This document shows, in pieces, positions 58,613 through 64,000 of a stretch of DNA of 64,000 nucleotides. The notes below the pieces were generated by a model. It searched no databases, was not told the origin of the DNA, and saw only the letters and a list, made by a program, of their open reading frames with translations. A program made the translations under genes and the position numbers. The number at the start of each line of letters is the position of its first letter. Position 1 is the first letter of the stretch. The stretch comes from Candidatus Latescibacterota bacterium (GTDB taxonomy: Bacteria > Latescibacterota > UBA2968 > UBA8231), in NCBI GenBank assembly GCA_963422735.1, contig OY730476.1, forward strand, positions 2,592,001 through 2,656,000, read 5' to 3'.

Positions 58613-60193
58613 ATGACCGACTGCATTGAAGTGTATGATTCTACTCTGCGCGATGGCGCCCAAGCCGAGGGCATTTCCTACTCGCTGGAGGACAAGCTGC
58701 TGATCGCCCGGCGGCTGGACGCGCTCGGAGTCGATTACATCGAAGGGGGATGGCCGAACCCCACCAATCCCAAGGATCTGGCCTTTTTTCAGGAAGTGAA
58801 GAAGCTGGGTCTGAAGGCACAAGTGACCGCCTTTGGTAGCACTCGGCGGGCCGGCGTATCCCCGAAGGAAGACGCGACCCTGAACACGCTTCTGAGGGCC
58901 GAGACCGACAGCGTTTGCATATTTGGCAAAAGTTGGCCCCTGCACGTCGTCGAGGTGCTCAAGACGACGCTAGAAGAAAATCTGCGGCTGATTGAGGACT
59001 CGGTCGCCTATCTCGCCGGTCATGGCCGCGAGGTGATTTACGATGCCGAGCATTTCTTCGACGGCTATAAGGCCGATGCCGGCTACGCGGTCGAGACCCT
59101 ATTGGCCGCCGAGCGCGGTGGGGCGCGGATTTTGGTACTCTGCGACACCAATGGCGGCACCCTGACCAGCGAGATGGGCCAGATCGTCGAACAGGTCGCC
59201 GAGCGGATTGCGCTTCCCTTTGGCATCCACACGCACAACGATGCCGGCGTGGGCGTGGCCAACACTCTCGTGGCTGTGGAGCGGGGCGCGGTGCAAGTGC
59301 AAGGTACCTTCAACGGCTATGGCGAGCGCTGCGGCAACGCCAACTTGTGCTCAATTTTGCCCAATCTCGAGTTGAAAATGGGTTTCGAGACGGTAGGCCG
59401 CGACAACCTCGCGGAGCTAATGGACTTCTCCCGCTTCCTGAGCGAGATCGCCAACGTCTATCACGACCACCGCCAGCCGTATGTCGGCGAGAGTGCGTTT
59501 GCCCACAAAGGGGGCGTACACATCGATGCTATGATCAAGAACCCGCGTTGCTACGAACATATCGATCCCATGGCCACAGGCAACGAGCGGCGGTTCTTGG
59601 TCTCGGACCAAGCGGGCGGAGCGACGATTGTCAGCAAGTTGCGGCGATTTTTACCCGACATAAAGAAGAAAGATCCGCTGGTGGGGCAGGTCTTGGAGCG
59701 GGTCAAGCAGTTGGAGCATGAGGGCTATCAGTTCGAGGCGGCGGAGGGGTCGTTTGAGTTGCTAGCACGCCGGGTCCAAGGCACGTATGAGGACTTATTC
59801 ACGCTGCTCAACTTCCGCACGATCAACCGCAAGACCGGGGCGCACGCCGAAGAAGCCGAGGCCATTGTCAAGGTCGCTATCGGCGATGCCGAGTACCATA
59901 CGGTCGCTGGCGGCGATGGCCCGGTCAACGCACTCGACCAAGCGCTGCGCAAGGCGCTGGAGCAGGAGTTCCCCGCGCTCAGACAAGTGCGCTTGGAGGA
60001 CTACAAGGTGCGGGTGTTGTCGAGCAGTGACGGGACCGCGGCCAAGGTGCGGGTGTTGATCGAGTCCTCGGACGGCAAGGATGTGTGGGGTACGGTGGGG
60101 GTTTCGGAGAATGTTATTGAGGCGAGTTGGATCGCGCTGGCCGATAGTTTGCACTACAAATTGATGAAGGACGCGCTGGCGGGGGCTGGTTGA
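58613..60193 (+). CDS. cimA: citramalate synthase
   Basis: YDSTLRDGAQAEG, IEGGWP, YDAEHFFDG, AHKGGVH, LEDYKVR...GTAAKVRV. Confidence 0.92.
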   Translation: MTDCIEVYDSTLRDGAQAEGISYSLEDKLLIARRLDALGVDYIEGGWPNPTNPKDLAFFQEVKKLGLKAQVTAFGSTRRAGVSPKEDATLNTLLRAETDSVCIFGKSWPLHVVEVLKTTLEENLRLIEDSVAYLAGHGREVIYDAEHFFDGYKADAGYAVETLLAAERGGARILVLCDTNGGTLTSEMGQIVEQVAERIALPFGIHTHNDAGVGVANTLVAVERGAVQVQGTFNGYGERCGNANLCSILPNLELKMGFETVGRDNLAELMDFSRFLSEIANVYHDHRQPYVGESAFAHKGGVHIDAMIKNPRCYEHIDPMATGNERRFLVSDQAGGATIVSKLRRFLPDIKKKDPLVGQVLERVKQLEHEGYQFEAAEGSFELLARRVQGTYEDLFTLLNFRTINRKTGAHAEEAEAIVKVAIGDAEYHTVAGGDGPVNALDQALRKALEQEFPALRQVRLEDYKVRVLSSSDGTAAKVRVLIESSDGKDVWGTVGVSENVIEASWIALADSLHYKLMKDALAGAG

Positions 60194-60211
60194 GGCCGAC
60201 GATAAGTGCCG

Positions 60212-60481
60212 ATGGATACTGCTATATCTGTTGAAGGAGTCCATGAGCGTTGGTTTCACATTGTCGAAAACCATGATGACATGGCAGGATTCGACCTTAT
60301 TGAGAATCCCGATATCATCCTTCGTGGTTATCAAGGCTCACCGATTGCGGCGCGCCGCCACGGACGCCAGCGATATTTGATGGTCGTGTATCGGCAGAGG
60401 TCCATGGAAGATGGTTTCGTTATTACTGCGTACTTTACACGTAAAATTGACAGAGGGAAGGCGATATGGAAAAAACTCTAA
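60212..60481 (+). CDS. small toxin-like protein (RelE/BECR-like), apparently carrying in-frame deletions
   Basis: ERWFHIVENH...ENPDIIL...VVY...DGFVITAY; overlaps the DUF2283 gene. Confidence 0.55.
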   Translation: MDTAISVEGVHERWFHIVENHDDMAGFDLIENPDIILRGYQGSPIAARRHGRQRYLMVVYRQRSMEDGFVITAYFTRKIDRGKAIWKKL

Positions 60482-60819
60482 CACCTGATCATGCGCTCTC
60501 GCTCTCTCAGGCCATACCTTTCCTACTCGATTTTCCAGCCTCGCGTTTTTGGGTGGATTACGACCAAGAGGCCGATGTGCTCTATATCAGCTTTTCGCGT
60601 CCGCAGCAGGCTACGGATACGACCATGACCGTGTTGCGCTACCGGGCTAGCCAGCTAGTAGGTGTTACCGCGTTCGATGCCTCTACTCGTGTGCCAGCGC
60701 GATCACAAAAAGGAGCGATGGCGATGAATATGCTAGACTACGGCAACGTTGGTTTGGCGAAGGGGTTTCAACCAATCGAGCTGCATGTCGGCGCGACGGG
60801 AACGGACTGGGCGCTATGA
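60466..60819 (+). CDS. DUF2283 antitoxin-like protein, possibly eroded with read-through tail
   Basis: DYDQEADVLYISF...LVGVT. Confidence 0.7.
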   Translation: MEKTLTPDHALSLSQAIPFLLDFPASRFWVDYDQEADVLYISFSRPQQATDTTMTVLRYRASQLVGVTAFDASTRVPARSQKGAMAMNMLDYGNVGLAKGFQPIELHVGATGTDWAL

Positions 60820-62009
60820 GAATTATCGAAGGTGGAGGGGTCACCGCGCCGAGCGGGTACCGGGCGGCTGGCATCCAGACCGGTGTCAAGGAGTCGGGTG
60901 CTAAGGATTTGGCACTGGTGTATTCGACGCGCCCGGCGAATGCGGCCGCGGTGTACACCACCAACAAGGTGCAGGGTGCGCCAATTGCCATCGACCGCGA
61001 TCACCTCGTCGATGGCAAGGCGCGGGCCGTCATCCTCAACAGCGGCAACGCCAATGTCTGCAACGGCGATGTCGGCTTGGAACACGCCAAGCGGATGTGT
61101 TCCCTGACGGCAACTGAGTTGGGTCTGCAAGCGAAAGAAGTGCTGGTCTGCTCCACTGGCTTGATCGGCGTGCCGCTGCCGATTGACAAAATCGAAGCGG
61201 GTATCCCGCGAATCGTCGCGGCGTTGTCCAAGGAGGGCGGTGCTGCTGCCGCTGAGGCGATCATGACCACGGACACTGTGCCGAAGAGCTGCGCCGTCGA
61301 GGTCGAGCTGGAATCGGGACGCGCCGTGGTCGGAGCGATGGCCAAAGGAGCCGCGATGATCGCCCCCAACATGGCAACGATGCTGTCGGTGGTGACCACG
61401 GACGCGGCCGTGCCCAGCGGACAACTACAGGAACTACTGTCTCAGGCCATACAGCGCACGTTTAACTGCATCACCGTCGATGGCGACATGAGCACGAGCG
61501 ACACGGTGATCCTGATGGCCAATGGCGACGGCTCAGAGCTGGGCGAGCGCGATTGCGCGCGTCTCTACGAGGGCATTGAATACGCATGCCGACAGATGGC
61601 ATTGGCGATCGCACGCGATGCCGAGGGATCGTCCAAGCTGATCACCATAGCGGTGCGCGGTGCCGCCACCGAAGCCGAAGCGCGACAGGTCGGCATCGCG
61701 GTGGCCAACTCAAGCCTTGTGAAGACCGCCGCGTTTGGCAACGACCCCAACTGGGGACGAATTCTATGCGCGATGGGGTACGCCGGGATCGAGTTCAACC
61801 CCGAGACCGCACGCGTGTCGCTGTGCGGAACCGACATCTACGGCAACGGTGCCGGTCTCGATTTCGACGAAGATAAACTAAGCGCGGCCATGCAGACGGA
61901 AGAAATGGCCATTGATATCGACTTGGCACTGGGCGAGGCGGCGGCTGAAATTTTCACCTGCGATCTGACGTATGAGTACGTGCGCCTGAACGCCGAATAC
62001 ACTACCTGA
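60816..62009 (+). CDS. argJ: glutamate N-acetyltransferase / ornithine acetyltransferase
   Basis: NSGNAN, IMTTD, KGAAMIAPNMA|TML autoprocessing site, DPNWGR, CDLTYEYVRLNAEYTT. Confidence 0.95.
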   Translation: MRIIEGGGVTAPSGYRAAGIQTGVKESGAKDLALVYSTRPANAAAVYTTNKVQGAPIAIDRDHLVDGKARAVILNSGNANVCNGDVGLEHAKRMCSLTATELGLQAKEVLVCSTGLIGVPLPIDKIEAGIPRIVAALSKEGGAAAAEAIMTTDTVPKSCAVEVELESGRAVVGAMAKGAAMIAPNMATMLSVVTTDAAVPSGQLQELLSQAIQRTFNCITVDGDMSTSDTVILMANGDGSELGERDCARLYEGIEYACRQMALAIARDAEGSSKLITIAVRGAATEAEARQVGIAVANSSLVKTAAFGNDPNWGRILCAMGYAGIEFNPETARVSLCGTDIYGNGAGLDFDEDKLSAAMQTEEMAIDIDLALGEAAAEIFTCDLTYEYVRLNAEYTT

Positions 62010-62010
62010 G

Positions 62011-62082
62011 AGTCGTTAGTGATCAGTAACCAGTTCCCCACCCAGAAGTGGGACAGCCCCTAACCCCTAGCCCCTAACCACT
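62011..62082. repeat. heptamer (STRR-like) repeat arrays in inverted arrangement
   Basis: GTTAGTG/ATCAGTA/ACCAGTT ... CCCCTAA CCCCTAG CCCCTAA CCAC; AGTCGTTAG pairs imperfectly with CTAACCACT. Confidence 0.6.
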
Positions 62083-62088
62083 TGCTAT

Positions 62089-63270
62089 ATGCCACTTTCA
62101 CACAATGTACAGCGCGTCCAGCCGTCGGTCACTATGCAGATTTCGGCCCAAGCCGCGGCCATGCAGCGCGCCGGTATCGACGTGATTTCCCTGTCGGCGG
62201 GCGAGCCGGATTTCGATACGCCGCAAAACGTCAAAGACGCCGGCATCCGCGCCATTGCCGAGGGTTTTACCAAGTACACCACCCCAGGGTCGGGGATCAT
62301 TGAACTCAAGGAGGCGATCTGCCGCAAATTCGAGCGCGACAACGGCTTGGTTTATACAACCGACGAAGTGATCGTCAACAACGGTGCCAAGCACTCGCTC
62401 TTTTTGGCGGTGGCAGCACTGGTCAACCCCGGCGACGAGGTCATTATCCCCACGCCCTATTGGGTGACCTATCGGGAGCAGCCGCGGCTGGTGGGTGGCG
62501 AGCCGGTGATTGTCGAGACCCAAGTTGCCAACGGCCTCAAGCTCACCGCGGATGAGTTCCGCGCCGCCATTACGCCCCGCACCCGGATGCTCTTTTTGTG
62601 CTCGCCGTCCAACCCCAGCGGCGCGGTGTACACCCGCGAGGAATTGGAGAGCTTGGCGGCGGTGGCCGTTGAGCACGGGGTCTATGTGCTCAGCGACGAG
62701 ATTTACGAGAAGCTTATCTACGACGGAGCCGAGCACCGCTCGATTGCTGCCTGCGGTCCCGAGGCCAAGGAATTCAGCATTGTGGTCAACGGGGTGTCCA
62801 AGGCCTATTCGATGACCGGCTGGCGCATCGGCTACACCGGTGCCAGCGAGGAGATCATCGCCGGAATGAACAAGGTGCAAAGCCAAGAAGTGTCGCACCC
62901 CTCGTCGATGGCGCAGAAAGCGGCTGTCGAGGCACTCGATGGCCCGCAGGAGTCGGTCGAGGAAATGCGCCAGGCCTTTGATGCGCGGCGGCGCCACATG
63001 GTCGAGCGTCTCAACGCCATAGAGGGAGTGGAATGCGCGTTGCCATCGGGGGCCTTTTACGCCTATCCCGATGTCACCGCGTATTACGGCAGCCAAGTCC
63101 GCGACTCAGTGGCGTTGTGCGAGTATTTACTCAAAGAGGCCAAGGTGGCCTGCGTGCCCGGCGCTGGGTTTGGCACCTACGAGCACATTCGACTCTCCTA
63201 CGCCACATCGCTAGATCTAATTGAAAAAGCACTGGACCGAGTTGAGGTGGCGTTGAGTGCGCTGGCATGA
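62089..63270 (+). CDS. aspC: PLP-dependent class I (aspartate) aminotransferase
   Basis: GEPDFDTP, SPSNPSG, SDEIYE, SKAYSMTGWRIG. Confidence 0.88.
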   Translation: MPLSHNVQRVQPSVTMQISAQAAAMQRAGIDVISLSAGEPDFDTPQNVKDAGIRAIAEGFTKYTTPGSGIIELKEAICRKFERDNGLVYTTDEVIVNNGAKHSLFLAVAALVNPGDEVIIPTPYWVTYREQPRLVGGEPVIVETQVANGLKLTADEFRAAITPRTRMLFLCSPSNPSGAVYTREELESLAAVAVEHGVYVLSDEIYEKLIYDGAEHRSIAACGPEAKEFSIVVNGVSKAYSMTGWRIGYTGASEEIIAGMNKVQSQEVSHPSSMAQKAAVEALDGPQESVEEMRQAFDARRRHMVERLNAIEGVECALPSGAFYAYPDVTAYYGSQVRDSVALCEYLLKEAKVACVPGAGFGTYEHIRLSYATSLDLIEKALDRVEVALSALA

Positions 63271-63309
63271 ATTGGGAATTCGCAATTGCAACTTAGGAGG
63301 TCTTGTCCC

Positions 63310-64000
63310 GTGAACAACAATGGATTTTACCTCGATTTTGAACGCGATCTCGTCGAGTTACAAAAGAAAATCGACGGTCTAAAAAGCCAAGCCGAAGCCA
63401 ATGGCTTGAATTTGGATGAGGGCGTTCGGAAGCTCGAGGCGCAGGCCGCGAAGAAGCGCCGAGAGATCTACGCCAATCTCAGCCCTTGGCAGCGGGTGCA
63501 AATCGCGCGGCACCCAAACCGCCCGTACGCGCTCGATTACGTCGAGCGGATGCTCTCCGACTTCACCGAGCTACACGGCGACCGCCTCTTTGCCGACGAC
63601 GCCTCCATCATCGGCGGCCCGGCGCGGCTGGACGACGAGTCGATCATGGTCATCGGCATCCAGAGTGGACGCAACCTCGAAGAGCGGCAAAAGCGCAACT
63701 TCGGCATGCCGCATCCAGAAGGGTATCGCAAGGCGCGACGCCTTATGCAAATGGCGGCCAAGTTCAAATTGCCGATCTTGACCTTGGTCGATACCTCGGG
63801 TGCCTATCCTGGGATCGAGGCCGAGGAGCGGGGCCAAGCCGAGGCCATCGCCCGCAACCTCTACGAAATGTCGCATCTGCCAGTGCCTATCGTCGTGGCC
63901 ATCATCGGCCAGGCCTTTAGCGGCGGTGCCATTGGCATTACGGTCGGCGACCGGATCCTGATGCTGGAGCACGCCTGTTATTCGGTGATTGTGCCGGAGA
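63310..64000 (+). CDS. accA: acetyl-CoA carboxylase carboxyltransferase alpha, 3'-truncated by window edge
   Basis: GTG after AGGAGG; YLDFE...[16 protein letters not shown]...[14 protein letters not shown]...[18 protein letters not shown]. Not in the ORF track because there is no stop in the window. Confidence 0.95.
   Translation, partial: MNNNGFYLDFERDLVELQKKIDGLKSQAEANGLNLDEGVRKLEAQAAKKRREIYANLSPWQRVQIARHPNRPYALDYVERMLSDFTELHGDRLFADDASIIGGPARLDDESIMVIGIQSGRNLEERQKRNFGMPHPEGYRKARRLMQMAAKFKLPILTLVDTSGAYPGIEAEERGQAEAIARNLYEMSHLPVPIVVAIIGQAFSGGAIGITVGDRILMLEHACYSVIVPE

Noticed and set aside
51784-63096. Long antisense ORFs (e.g. 52734-54203, 62098-63096, 51784-52647)
   Set aside because: They are shadows of well-conserved high-GC genes on the opposite strand, with no recognisable motifs.

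Overview
Bacterial window. The gene repertoire suggests an FCB-group, Latescibacterota/Poribacteria-like organism (inference). (1) 1-17.9 kb is visibly more AT-rich and encodes cell-surface genes: two CRTAC1/ASPIC-UnbV proteins, a CBM9/DOMON-like secreted protein with a C-terminal WGxIK tail, three paralogous discoidin-like + FlgD/type-B-CTD proteins, a 903-aa putative outer-membrane protein, a parvulin lipoprotein, an FGE-domain protein and a DUF6785/6784 membrane protein. (2) 18-30.5 kb is accessory: CocE hydrolase, aldolase, eroded mscS/mgtE, a cytidylyltransferase-PEP mutase plus CDP-alcohol phosphotransferase pair (phosphonate/phosphonolipid), more DUF6785 paralogs and a DUF433/PIN TA pair. 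(3) 30.6-41.7 kb holds a TonB receptor, a frameshifted CTD protein, a PorV-like barrel, an Nramp-like transporter and a secreted HExxH peptidase. (4) 42-50.3 kb is the best candidate for an undescribed system: a coupled, ATPase-less operon of a nicalin-like pseudo-M28/FtsX giant membrane protein, a DUF6785 protein and an OPT-like transporter. (5) 51.3-64 kb has a Leu/Ile/Val leader peptide followed by ilvC-leuA-leuC-leuD-leuB-cimA-argJ-aspC-accA, with decayed toxin-antitoxin modules at the gene junctions. I saw no rRNA, tRNA, CRISPR array, integrase or transposase. Family names come from motif recognition by eye, not database searches.
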